The notes beneath the pieces are model-generated. The model was not told where the DNA came from, did not search any database, and saw only the letters and a list, made by a program, of their open reading frames with translations. Shown in pieces: positions 41,701-51,979 of a stretch of 64,000 bases of DNA (position 1 is the first letter of the stretch; the number at the start of each line of letters is the position of its first letter). The stretch is from Candidatus Babeliales bacterium (GTDB lineage Bacteria > Babelota > Babeliae > Babelales > JANWKD01): assembly GCA_963762115.1 (NCBI GenBank), contig CAVXJH010000003.1, positions 416,001-480,000 on the forward strand, given 5' to 3'. The translations under genes were made by a program, and so were the position numbers.

Positions 41701-41969
41701 ATTATTCCATCTTTCTTTATCTGAATCTTCATTTTTTCTGATACCGCATGCAAATCAACAACATCAACAAATACTGGCAATAAAGAATCTTCCAAATCAC
41801 TCATAATCAATAATATTTTCTTATGATCAATTTTGACAAGATCATCAAGAGCAATATCAAAATCAGCACCCTCTCGATTAGTTTTTCGAGCACGAGAACC
41901 AAATAAATAAATTTTACATGTTGGAATATGCTTATGAACAATATCAATTATTATTTTTTTATAATCCAT
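41682..41969 (-). CDS. Minimal nucleotidyltransferase (MNT) antitoxin
   Basis: YLFGSRAR...ADFDIA, VDVVD; overlaps HEPN gene. Confidence 0.9.
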   Translation of the reverse strand: MDYKKIIIDIVHKHIPTCKIYLFGSRARKTNREGADFDIALDDLVKIDHKKILLIMSDLEDSLLPVFVDVVDLHAVSEKMKIQIKKDGIIWSEKK

Positions 41970-41975
41970 ACTAAT

Positions 41976-42848
41976 TTAATAAACCCATTGAAAAAACCTA
42001 CTCCAACGAACACGTTGCCAAAAATCAATTGGATGTTTGATTAAATCAAGAATCCACCATGATTCATGGCTATCAATTGACCACAAGCGCACAATAATTT
42101 TGCCATGAATCAATTTACCGTCAAGTGGTCCCCAAAAACGCGAATCATAGCTTCCCAACCGATTATCACCCATCGCCCAATATTGATTTGAATCCAACGT
42201 GATATCAAAAATATCAACATTCCTACCATATTGATCAAAGGAGGGAGTTTGAGGTAACCGTAACCAATCTTGATCATATGTCTTTGACCAACGCTTCCCA
42301 AGCTCAACGTCATACTCATCCATTCGATAAAAAGGCTGATCATTAAATGAAAAATTTTCATCGTAGGAAGAATGCAATAGGCATTTATTATTATAAACAG
42401 CAATAAGAGGATATTTATTTAAATAAGGTTCATCTAATTTTTCCCCATTACGATAAATAACCGGCTTTCCATCTTCAATTACTCCTTTAATATGATCACC
42501 AGGAAGACCAATCACTCGTTTAGTCCAATTAGAAGGTCCCCAAACATAACGTTGAAAAACGTCCGTAAAATAGTTATGAGAATAATTAAAATTGGGATCA
42601 TTAAAAGTAATAATATCGCCATACTTGATTGGTCGAAATAAATATGAAAATTTATCAGCAAAAAAACGTTCACCAACTAACATGGTTGTTTCCATTGAAC
42701 CCGTTGGCACTTGATACAGACCATAAAAATAAGTGCGAATAAAAAAGGCAATTGGCACAATAATAAGAAAAGATTCTATATATTGAGCAATTTTTGATTT
42801 ATGAGGACGTTTAAGCCAAACACGAAACTTATTAATAAATTCTAACAT
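41976..42848 (-). CDS. lepB: Signal peptidase I, copy 2
   Basis: VPTGSMETT, WTKRVIGLPGD, MGDNRLGSYDSRFWG. Confidence 0.96.
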   Translation of the reverse strand: MLEFINKFRVWLKRPHKSKIAQYIESFLIIVPIAFFIRTYFYGLYQVPTGSMETTMLVGERFFADKFSYLFRPIKYGDIITFNDPNFNYSHNYFTDVFQRYVWGPSNWTKRVIGLPGDHIKGVIEDGKPVIYRNGEKLDEPYLNKYPLIAVYNNKCLLHSSYDENFSFNDQPFYRMDEYDVELGKRWSKTYDQDWLRLPQTPSFDQYGRNVDIFDITLDSNQYWAMGDNRLGSYDSRFWGPLDGKLIHGKIIVRLWSIDSHESWWILDLIKHPIDFWQRVRWSRFFQWVY

Positions 42849-42871
42849 TGTTTTCTTTCGTTATATATGAT

Positions 42872-43744
42872 TCAAGATACTCTTTGAAGAAACCGATTCC
42901 ATCGAATACGTTTCCAAAAATCAAGGGGATGTTTGATCAAATCAAAAATAAGCCATGATTCATTGCTATCAATTGACCATATTCTAAAGACAATCTTTCC
43001 ATGTATCAATTTACCATCAAATGGACCAAGAAATCGTGAATCTTTGCTTCCCAGTCGATTATCACCCATACACCAATATTGATTTGGCGCCAAGTGAACA
43101 TCAAAAATATCAACATTTCTTCCATAGTGATCAAACGAAGGCGTTCCCGGCATTAATAACCATTCTTGGCCATACATATCTGACCAACGTTTTCCTAATT
43201 CCGCCTCATAGTCATTAAAACTATAAAATGGTTGATCACTATATGAATAAGCTGGGTCATAAGAACGTGGCGCTTGGATGCGATTATTTTTATATAACGT
43301 AATAAGAGGAAATTTGTTTAAATATGGTTCATCTAATTTTACATCATTGCGATATACAACCGGTTTTCCATCTTCAATAACGCCTCTAATATGATCACCT
43401 GGAATACCAATAACACGCTTTGTCCAATTAGTAGGACCCCATACATAGCGCTGAAACAAATCAACCCAATAATTATCAGAATATATAAAAGTAGGATCAT
43501 TAAGAGCAATAATATCGCCATGCTTTATTGGTATAAATAAGGGCGTAAATTTATCTGAAAAAAAACCCTCCCCAACCAATATCGTTGTTTCCATTGAACC
43601 CGTCGGTACTTTATAAAGTCCATAACCAACCGTTCTAATAAGAAATGCAATCGGCAAAATAATAATGAAGGTTTCAAGATATTCTGCAACGATAGATTTA
43701 TTCGGTCGTTTTCGCCATTGATGAAATTTTTGAACGAGTGTCAT
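42872..43744 (-). CDS. lepB: Signal peptidase I, copy 1
   Basis: VPTGSMETT, WTKRVIGIPGD, MGDNRLGSKDSRFLG. Confidence 0.96.
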   Translation of the reverse strand: MTLVQKFHQWRKRPNKSIVAEYLETFIIILPIAFLIRTVGYGLYKVPTGSMETTILVGEGFFSDKFTPLFIPIKHGDIIALNDPTFIYSDNYWVDLFQRYVWGPTNWTKRVIGIPGDHIRGVIEDGKPVVYRNDVKLDEPYLNKFPLITLYKNNRIQAPRSYDPAYSYSDQPFYSFNDYEAELGKRWSDMYGQEWLLMPGTPSFDHYGRNVDIFDVHLAPNQYWCMGDNRLGSKDSRFLGPFDGKLIHGKIVFRIWSIDSNESWLIFDLIKHPLDFWKRIRWNRFLQRVS

Positions 43745-43794
43745 TATCGCTGATCTTTCGATTTAAATGTTATTTCAAAAAATAATCTGTTATT

Positions 43795-44726
43795 TTATCT
43801 ACTTAAATTTCGTAAAGGATTAATACGCTTACCATCTTCAATTACTTCAAAATGTAAATGCCATGCTTTTTTACCATGCACATACCCCGTGTCTCCAACA
43901 TGACCAATTAATTGACCAGCATTAACATAATGCCCTTTGCTGACTAACATGGAATCCAAATGCGCATAACGCGTTCTAAAATGTTCATTGTGGGCAATCA
44001 CGAGCGAATTCCCATAACCTTTTGGTGTATAAGAAGACTCAATAACAATTCCTTTTGCTGCCGCATAGACCGCCGTACCTTTTAATGCTGCCATATCAAT
44101 ACCATGATGAAATCCCCATGCTTTATCATTCTTTTTCTTTCGAGGACCAAATTTTGAGCTTAACCAAAACTGTGATCTATCAATCGGCCATTGTAAAGTA
44201 AAATTTCGATATTGCGTTAAACTATAATGCTGTTGCGTTGTATGATTACGCGAACGCACACGTCGATTTTTATTGTGCCCTTGCTTAATCGAACGAGCAA
44301 ATGATACTTGTGAAGCTATTGCTTGCCCATCGTAACTATCATATACATCAGACAATAGAGATTCAAGATTATTTGCTTTACCAAATGACAAAGCTGAATC
44401 GCGTAAATACAAAGTATCACGATTCACCACATTAAATTGAGTCTTCAACGATTCATCATTATCGAGTATATCAACAGAAGAAGAAATATTATCTAATAAT
44501 TTTTTTTTTTATGTATACTGCAAGCCTCTTTATATGCTTGAATATACATTTGATATTCATCTTGCAAAATCACCATTCGCCGAGATTGCTCTCTAAAAAA
44601 CTGATATTCTGCAATCAACAAACCGGTTGTAATAAGCATTAAGACACATAATAGAGTAAAAAATAATGTACCTAATGCACTAAAAGTATGCTTAATCGTT
44701 TTATTCCTATTGTTAACAACTAACAT
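43795..44726 (-). CDS. Membrane-anchored M23 peptidase, split by a -1 frameshift in an A11 run (44500..44510)
   Basis: HHGID, YGN, YAHL, HLHFEV in 3' part; its frame stays open back to the A run; 5' ORF 44493..44726 supplies the TM anchor. Confidence 0.8.
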
Positions 44727-45426
44727 ATTCTAAAGCGTCAGTCTTAAGCCAGCCTGATTGATGATCACGGCTTACTTTGCACCATGCACCTCGCTTTTCA
44801 TGTATTACGACTTCTTGTCCTCTTGCTATCTTTCCTCGTTTACTAAATTGCTCATCAGTACCAACAAACAATAACGCTTCTTCATTTTTTATGATTCCAC
44901 GCTCCTTAGAAAGCAAAAAAACTTTTAAGGTGAGCCCAGAACTTATAACGCCCTGAGGCAGCAAGAGAAATAAGAGCCAAATTTTTTTACGCAAAGATCT
45001 AACCCAACATAATCCAAATAAAAGTATATACCAAGATAACAAAAACAAAAACTGCCATAATCCAATTGAATATGACTGTACCCAATTTTCACACGCGTTT
45101 AAAATTTTATTTTTATGTGTTGCTTCGATCCGTAATTTCTCGGCTGCTTTTTGGCAATTGTGCTCAATGGGTAATCCTACACAGCCCCTATTCTCAGCTT
45201 TTCGCCAATAAATAAGCGCTGAAACATAATCTCCTATACGATACCAACAATTACCCATATTATATAAAACAATACCACTTTTCGGTTCAATTTTTTCATA
45301 TAAATGTAATGCTTGTTTATATTCTTTTTGCTGATATGCAGCATTTGCTTGCAAAAAGAATTCTTCATAATTAGCAGAACAAAAAAAAGGAATCAAAACA
45401 AAAAAAATTATATTCAACATCATCAT
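44713..45426 (-). CDS. batE: BatE-like TPR + TM + SH3 protein
   Basis: ANAAYQQKEY, YNMGNCWYR, C-terminal WCKV...GWL; operon position. Confidence 0.8.
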   Translation of the reverse strand: MMMLNIIFFVLIPFFCSANYEEFFLQANAAYQQKEYKQALHLYEKIEPKSGIVLYNMGNCWYRIGDYVSALIYWRKAENRGCVGLPIEHNCQKAAEKLRIEATHKNKILNACENWVQSYSIGLWQFLFLLSWYILLFGLCWVRSLRKKIWLLFLLLPQGVISSGLTLKVFLLSKERGIIKNEEALLFVGTDEQFSKRGKIARGQEVVIHEKRGAWCKVSRDHQSGWLKTDALEYVSC

Positions 45427-47135
45427 AATTTTTCTTCCAGTTGCTTAAGCCAAATTTCAGCTCGTTTAACTAATTCTGCATCTATTTTTGTTTTATTTTT
45501 TGGCATAAAAGCAGCCTCTTCAAGCTTATGAAAAAAGCGACGCCATTGTTCAATTACATCATGAGAAAATCCTACGTGGTTCAATTTCGCTTCGATAACC
45601 TCGGCAGTAAGATCTGATAAAGATAGTTGCAACCGGTCAGCAAATAAATTCATAAAAATGTCATAGAGCGAAAACGATATCATAGTTGTTTTGTTATTAT
45701 TTTTGAGCTGCTTTTTGGCATGCTTAAAGGCATATTTTTTCGTTAAATACTGTTTATGAATGTTTCTGTATTCAGAGATATACATTCCTGCAAAATAATA
45801 GCAACAATACAAAAGTGGTAACAACGTTGCTAGTAAAAACCAAAACCATGATAACGATCGTTCTTTTTTTAATAACCAAGATCCAGTTACCTGTAAAGGA
45901 AAAATATCATCCTCATCAAAATCAATTACAACAGGTCCATCTGGTTTTATTATTTGCTCATTTTTAATCAATTGATTAGGCGTAATGATAATTGGTAAGG
46001 GCTTCGTTTTTAACATCTCAAATACTTTTGTTTCTGTATTAAAAAAAGTAAATACCTGCTCAGGAATCTCATAAGAACCCGGTTTCATCCCCTGCACAAT
46101 ATATTCAAAAGATTTTTTATAATGAGCCACACCATTTTGATGATTAATCATTTTTGACTCATAATATTTTAAACCATCTTGAATAACTAAATGGGGTGCT
46201 TTAATTTCATCTAAATTAGTTTTACCTTCCAGCATTAATGTCAACACCATTCCTTCACCCACATGAGCTTTTTGTTGATTAAGAGTTGCACTAAAATGGG
46301 AAAAAACACCAATGGCATCAAGAATGCCAGCATGATAGGGCAAAGGATCAATAACGAGAGAGAGATCATTAGAAAAATAATTTTGTGGCGGTGAACCAGC
46401 ACCCAATCGATGCAGCATCGCGCTAAAAAAGTCTTGCGATCGTTCTTGCTTATTAAGCAATTTACACTGCGCCCTGAATGGTGGAATGATAAGCGTACCT
46501 ACTTTATTCAATGTTAACTCCGCATGCCACTCTGCATATTCATACATAACGTTGTCAATGGTGACCGTTCCCCGGTCAATCTGCTTTAATTCACTTAAAC
46601 TACCCATTGATGGATCTAATTTAGGTTGTTCGATAGACATAAGTTCAGTTGGCACGCGCGTATTTAACCGAACACGCACAACGATTTTTTCACCAATAAC
46701 CGCTCGATCAACACTAGTCGATAACTGCACAATAACATCCTGCTGTTGTTCTTGCACAACCGAAAAGGAAAGAACATTTGACTTACGAGTAGTTCTTCTT
46801 TCACCAATCATATGCGCTGGCCCAATAACATAGGTACCTATCGTATCAGCTCTAATTACATACGTATGTTGTGTCGTAACTTTCGACATCATAGTAAGGC
46901 GACTTGCTCCGCGAAATTCATGATGCAACGCATTAAGACCTGGTATAACAAGCTTGTGCAAATCCTGATTACCATCAGCTTTTATTTCTAGCAAATAAGA
47001 AACACCGCGCATTAACTCTTGCACCGAATGTCCGTTCATATCCGTAACATTCAGCGTTAATACATCGGTGCGAGCAAATACATTTGCAAAAAAAACCGTT
47101 ATTAAAAAAAATATTTTACCAATTTTTTTGACCAT
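45423..47135 (-). CDS. batD: BatD-like protein
   Basis: Signal peptide from ATG 47135; GTYVIGP, DPLP...AIGVF, FEYIV...PGSYEIP...FFN; TM. Confidence 0.85.
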   Translation of the reverse strand: MVKKIGKIFFLITVFFANVFARTDVLTLNVTDMNGHSVQELMRGVSYLLEIKADGNQDLHKLVIPGLNALHHEFRGASRLTMMSKVTTQHTYVIRADTIGTYVIGPAHMIGERRTTRKSNVLSFSVVQEQQQDVIVQLSTSVDRAVIGEKIVVRVRLNTRVPTELMSIEQPKLDPSMGSLSELKQIDRGTVTIDNVMYEYAEWHAELTLNKVGTLIIPPFRAQCKLLNKQERSQDFFSAMLHRLGAGSPPQNYFSNDLSLVIDPLPYHAGILDAIGVFSHFSATLNQQKAHVGEGMVLTLMLEGKTNLDEIKAPHLVIQDGLKYYESKMINHQNGVAHYKKSFEYIVQGMKPGSYEIPEQVFTFFNTETKVFEMLKTKPLPIIITPNQLIKNEQIIKPDGPVVIDFDEDDIFPLQVTGSWLLKKERSLSWFWFLLATLLPLLYCCYYFAGMYISEYRNIHKQYLTKKYAFKHAKKQLKNNNKTTMISFSLYDIFMNLFADRLQLSLSDLTAEVIEAKLNHVGFSHDVIEQWRRFFHKLEEAAFMPKNKTKIDAELVKRAEIWLKQLEEKL

Positions 47136-48137
47136 GGCGACTCGGCATCTGTTGTTGAATTTGTCTTTTAAACAATGCTTTCGACATCTGTGCATCATGC
47201 TGCTCAACTAATTGTAGTAACATTGTTTCTTTATCAGTAGGTTCTTGTGAAACCTGTTTATCATTTGTACCATCATTTTTTGCCTCTTGCAATGCTTCTT
47301 GCGCGTGGTTTTGAGATGCTTGATTTTGACATGCAGCTTGCTCGTCTTGTTTTTCTTGAGCCGATTGTTGATCTTGCGATTGCGCTGATGATCGATCATC
47401 AGAAGCATTTTTTTGATTTTCAAAATTATTTTTTTTGTTTTGAGCATCATTACTTGCATCAGATTTCTCTTCTTTATCTTGCTCATCACGCTGCTTAGGA
47501 TCTTGATTTTGCTTATTGCGCTCATTCTCTTTTTTTCTTGTTCGGATGAAGAATCTTGTTTTTGTTCTTGAGATTGTTCATCATCATTTTGATTATCTTG
47601 TTGCTTATCTTGCTTATTTTTATCGGTATCTTTTTTATCAGAATGATCATCATTATCGCTCTTTTGATCTTTTTTATTCTCATCAGATTCTTTTTTTTGC
47701 TGATCTTCTTGTTGCTTTTTTTCTTCAAGAATTTTTTTTATCTGATCAATCATCTTTTGAGCATATTCATTATCCGCATTTATTTTTAACACTTCTTCAT
47801 AACTTGCTAAAGCATCTTCCCACTGCTGCATATGTACTTGGCTCAAACCACGATCATACCATGCTTGCTCTCGTAATGACGCTGACGCTGTTTTTGTTTG
47901 CGTTACAAGATTAAAATATGCAACAGCTTTAACAAACTCTTTTTGTTTTAAGGCAACTTTACCAAGATTATAAGCAACTTCGGCATTATCTGGTTCCTGT
48001 GTAAGCATTTCATCAAGTAAATACTGCGCTTGCTGCATATCACCTTGTTTATACGCATTTTGCACACGATATTTTTCAAAATAACATTGCATCGTGCCAG
48101 TCATTGTTATAAATAACAACACAATCATTTTTTTCAT
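47116..48137 (-). CDS. batC: BatC-like TPR protein with -1 frameshift at A7 (47530..47536)
   Basis: TPRs then Q/D/K linker; shifted frame continues the linker and ends HGQKNW*, overlapping batD start. Confidence 0.8.
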
Positions 48138-49144
48138 AATAACCACGCAATAAAAAAGCATATAAAACTAATTGCTACAAAATAATTATAATGATCTTGC
48201 AATGCAGAGATCTTTTTATCATCAAATTCAGCCTTTTCAATCGTCTCAATCGAACGAATTATTTTTTTTATATCACTCATATCATTATCATGAGCAAGAA
48301 CATACACACCGCCAACTCCTTCAGCCAAGCTCATTAAAATTCCTTCATTCAGCTGAGAAATCACCACAGAACCTTGCTCATCGCGTTGATAATCAATTTG
48401 TTTTCCTTGATCATCAATAATAGGAATAGGCGCACCTTCGGGAGTTCCAACGCCAACAGTAATAATAGGTAATCCTATGCTATGCGCTTCTTGTTTGACG
48501 GTTGCTAAATTACTAGAAAAATCCTCACCATCAGTAAAAACAACAAGTGCTTTATTTTTTGTATTCAACTGATTTTTATAAAGCATAATTACTTTTTGTA
48601 AGACGCGATCCAATGCTGTTGTGCCAGAAGAAATTGTTTCAGAATCAATTTGATCCAAAAAAAGCATAAACGCTGCATAGTCTGTTGTAAGCGGACATTG
48701 TACAACGGGTTCTCCAGAAAATAAAACCAAACTAATTCGTTCTGATGCGAGCGAATTAACTAATACTTTAATTTTTTCTTTCGCAAACGCCAAACGATTG
48801 GGCTTGATATCTTGTGCAAGCATGCTTCTAGAAACATCGAGAGCAATAATAAGATCTCGACCTTGTTGTTTGATTTGTTCTTCTTTTTTATCCCATTGCG
48901 GTTGCAATAACGCAAAAAATAATAAAATCATCGCACAAGAAATCAAGAAAGCTTTATACCAATTTTTCTTTGCTGAATAATGGCTAATTAATGCCGAACG
49001 CCATTGCGGCGCGCTTAGTAACTCAATAGCATGATGTTTTTTTTTGTAATACCAAATCACTAACACAATCATAGCAATCACGAATGGTAGATAAATGCTA
49101 TAATGAGCACTAGCCCATGTAATGCCAAACAAACTCATTTTCAT
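48134..49144 (-). CDS. batB: BatB-like vWA protein
   Basis: LDVSRSMLAQDIKPNRL, PLTTDY, TDGED, GVGTPEGAPIP. Confidence 0.9.
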   Translation of the reverse strand: MKMSLFGITWASAHYSIYLPFVIAMIVLVIWYYKKKHHAIELLSAPQWRSALISHYSAKKNWYKAFLISCAMILLFFALLQPQWDKKEEQIKQQGRDLIIALDVSRSMLAQDIKPNRLAFAKEKIKVLVNSLASERISLVLFSGEPVVQCPLTTDYAAFMLFLDQIDSETISSGTTALDRVLQKVIMLYKNQLNTKNKALVVFTDGEDFSSNLATVKQEAHSIGLPIITVGVGTPEGAPIPIIDDQGKQIDYQRDEQGSVVISQLNEGILMSLAEGVGGVYVLAHDNDMSDIKKIIRSIETIEKAEFDDKKISALQDHYNYFVAISFICFFIAWLL

Positions 49145-50130
49145 ATAATAAACCAAATAAAAGATACCAGTAATTCTATTAATAAAACTATAAATGCACC
49201 AAAAACAAAGTAGTGATAAAGATCATAATACTGAGTGAAAATATCAGTTTCATATTCTGTTTTTTCTAACCTATCAATTGTTTCATAAATTGTTTTCATA
49301 TCATTCGGTTTTTTTGCTTCAAAATAACGACCACCAGTTTGTTGCGCAATGTAATGCAATAATTCTTTATTAACACCAGGAATTGCTTGAACGCCCCTAA
49401 AAGGATCGTTAAAATAACGCACTCCATCATACCCAATGCCAACAGTATAAATTTTTATGCCTAATTTTTTTGCAACAGCAACTGCCTGTTCCACCGGCAC
49501 ATCTTCAGCACTTGGCGTTCCATCCGTTAACACAATCATTATTTTATTAGCTGCTTTAGAATTTTTCAATCGATTAGCAGCCATAATAATACCAAGACTC
49601 AACACCGTTCCAGAAGGATCAATAATACCAATTTGCGTATCATGCATAATTTCTTTTAAAATCTTTTTATCCAATGTTAAAGGGCAACGAGAAACCGCAT
49701 CATGCGCAAAAATAACCAAACCCAAAGGATCATTTTCTCGCTTATCTATGAATTTTATAGCTTCTTGTTTTGCAACGTGTAATCGTGAACGTTGATCATT
49801 TGGATCATCACAAATTTGCATGCTCCCTGAAACATCAAGCACCAACATCATATCAATGCCTTCAACGTTAATTTTTGATTTTACATCAACAATACGTGGT
49901 TGCGATAACACTATTGCCAAAAGCATCAAGACCAATGATTGTAACAATGGCGACACATAAAACACCCAAGTCTTCTCAACACCTTGACCATTTTTCTTCA
50001 AATACGATGTTAGAGGAAAATGGTACGATACTTGTTTTTGACGAGTAATTTTATACCACAAGAAAATGAGAATAAGCGGCACCAAACTATACAAAATCCA
50101 AGGATGCACACAATGCATAGTAAATATCAT
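49141..50130 (-). CDS. batA: BatA-like vWA protein
   Basis: EGIDMMLVLDVSGSM, CPLTLD, LTDG, IYTVGIG, TGGRYF, IDRLEKT; ATG 50130. Confidence 0.9.
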   Translation of the reverse strand: MIFTMHCVHPWILYSLVPLILIFLWYKITRQKQVSYHFPLTSYLKKNGQGVEKTWVFYVSPLLQSLVLMLLAIVLSQPRIVDVKSKINVEGIDMMLVLDVSGSMQICDDPNDQRSRLHVAKQEAIKFIDKRENDPLGLVIFAHDAVSRCPLTLDKKILKEIMHDTQIGIIDPSGTVLSLGIIMAANRLKNSKAANKIMIVLTDGTPSAEDVPVEQAVAVAKKLGIKIYTVGIGYDGVRYFNDPFRGVQAIPGVNKELLHYIAQQTGGRYFEAKKPNDMKTIYETIDRLEKTEYETDIFTQYYDLYHYFVFGAFIVLLIELLVSFIWFII

Positions 50131-50137
50131 ATGATTA

Positions 50138-50860
50138 TCACTGCTCCGTTGTAGTATGACTGATAAACCAAGCACGAACTCGTCGCGTAAAATCTGCATC
50201 TGATTCATGAGGTTCAATAATAAATGGCTTTCCAATAATTATGGTAATAGGAGAATAATTAATATAAAAGCTTCCCGGAGGGTATACTTTATTCACCTTC
50301 TCAATAAAGATGGGGACAAGAGGACATTTAGCTTTTTTTGCTAATAAAGAAAAACCTTTTAAAAATTCATGAATTTTGCCATCAGTATAACGGCCTGCTT
50401 CAGGAAAAATTATAAGGTCACGTTTTTTCTTGCCATCAAATATTTTCAATGCTTTTCTCAAACTTGCTAGCGCTTTTTGAGGCGTTGATGGGTCAACAGA
50501 AATTCCCATTCGCTTACCAAGAAAACCTAAGAATGGCACTGCAAGCAGTTCGTGTTTAAAAAACCAAATATTAGGATAACAATGCAACACATTACCAACA
50601 AGAGGAATATCCAATGCTGATTGATGATTTGCAGCAATAATCGCAGGTTCATGAGGTATATTTTCTTGACCAATAATTTTTATCGGCAAACATAACGCAC
50701 GCACAGTGACTTTATAAAAAATACACATACACCAATAATACAAAGGATTATCATAACGAATTTTTTCTGGTAACAAAGCAAACACAATACAAGGGAGAAT
50801 TGTTACTATTCCTATCAAAATAACAACCGTATAAAAAAATAATGTTCGTATTATTTTCAT
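50138..50860 (-). CDS. plsC: 1-acyl-sn-glycerol-3-phosphate acyltransferase
   Basis: NHQSALD, FPEAGR. Confidence 0.9.
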   Translation of the reverse strand: MKIIRTLFFYTVVILIGIVTILPCIVFALLPEKIRYDNPLYYWCMCIFYKVTVRALCLPIKIIGQENIPHEPAIIAANHQSALDIPLVGNVLHCYPNIWFFKHELLAVPFLGFLGKRMGISVDPSTPQKALASLRKALKIFDGKKKRDLIIFPEAGRYTDGKIHEFLKGFSLLAKKAKCPLVPIFIEKVNKVYPPGSFYINYSPITIIIGKPFIIEPHESDADFTRRVRAWFISHTTTEQ

Positions 50861-50869
50861 AAAAACAAC

Positions 50870-51706
50870 CTATTTTGCATCAAAATAACGTTTAAATTGC
50901 TCATGAACCTGTTTAATATAAAAATTCGATACAAAGCAAAAAAAGATCGGCAATATCAATTTCGCCAAATCATTTGAAACAATATATAAAATATTTGCAT
51001 CAATACTAAATAACAATGCATATTTTAAACTACTAAAAAGCATATTTCTCATTAATAACCAACTTGCTGTCGATACCATACCTATAATAATAAAAAATGG
51101 ATAATTATAAAACACCATCTTAATAGACCTATATACAATTTGAAGTTGCGCAAAAAAATTAAGAGATATATCAAGAGAGAAAAAAATAAGCACCATTAAA
51201 AATGGTGAAGCATAAATAGTAGGTATAAGAGAAAATGGCGCAACAAGAAATGGCAAAGCAAAAAATTTTATGATAATACTCCCAATAAGACTCCACTCAA
51301 AAACAGGCTTTAACATTAAAACAATAACAGGCCAAGCAAAACGCGATATCATAGTAAAAAGTACAAAATAACCGTAATACATGCCATGATCACCATAATA
51401 TTGATAGTTTTTTAAGCTAATTGACGGTCGTATGGTTAAAAAGGTAACAAAACCAAGTAAACACCATGCCAAAAACCAAATAATGCCGATTGCCTGATAT
51501 AAAGTAGGTGTAAAGGCATACGTTTTATAAACAATATCAGTCCCTACACATAACAAAAATAACCACCAGAATTTTTTAATCAAAATCCCATATGTTTCAA
51601 TAATGGTCTTAAGAGTTACTAAAAAAAACAGCTTTCCATGAGCTGGTGCAAAGATTCTTAACGATTGAAGCCAAGAAGCAAAAAATTCTTTTATAGATTG
51701 AAGCAT
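50870..51706 (-). CDS. Polytopic membrane protein of unknown function
   Basis: Long ORF with about 6 hydrophobic segments. Confidence 0.7.
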   Translation of the reverse strand: MLQSIKEFFASWLQSLRIFAPAHGKLFFLVTLKTIIETYGILIKKFWWLFLLCVGTDIVYKTYAFTPTLYQAIGIIWFLAWCLLGFVTFLTIRPSISLKNYQYYGDHGMYYGYFVLFTMISRFAWPVIVLMLKPVFEWSLIGSIIIKFFALPFLVAPFSLIPTIYASPFLMVLIFFSLDISLNFFAQLQIVYRSIKMVFYNYPFFIIIGMVSTASWLLMRNMLFSSLKYALLFSIDANILYIVSNDLAKLILPIFFCFVSNFYIKQVHEQFKRYFDAK

Positions 51707-51828
51707 CGGAAACCCCTTATATTTATTTTCTTATCAATAATTATAAAATAATTATTTTATCTTACTCTTACAGTCAATAAAAAACTGACTTATGGAACCC
51801 TAGTTTTTAGAGTAATATATAAAAATAT

Positions 51829-51858
51829 TTGACATTTTGAAAATATTTATTTTACTAT
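51829..51858 (+). promoter_or_regulatory. sigma70-like promoter of topA
   Basis: TTGACA-18-TACTAT. Confidence 0.5.
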
Positions 51859-51979
51859 TAAAGAGTAAATGATAGTACCTAAGGCCATAAACACGTACTT
51901 TACCAAACTGTTTATTAGGTTCAAACTATAGCGAAAAAAAATTATAGCAAGTGTTTAAAAACGAATTATGTAAGATAGT

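Noticed and set aside
40389..41969. tRNA-anchored prophage or integrative island
   Set aside because: No integrase, no duplicated tRNA 3' end and no phage genes seen
20710..45426. Other Cys-containing C-termini (NLEIC, ICRHY, AHNC, RVIC, YVSC) as prenylation signals
   Set aside because: Cys is not at -4 with aliphatic residues, or the protein is a housekeeping enzyme
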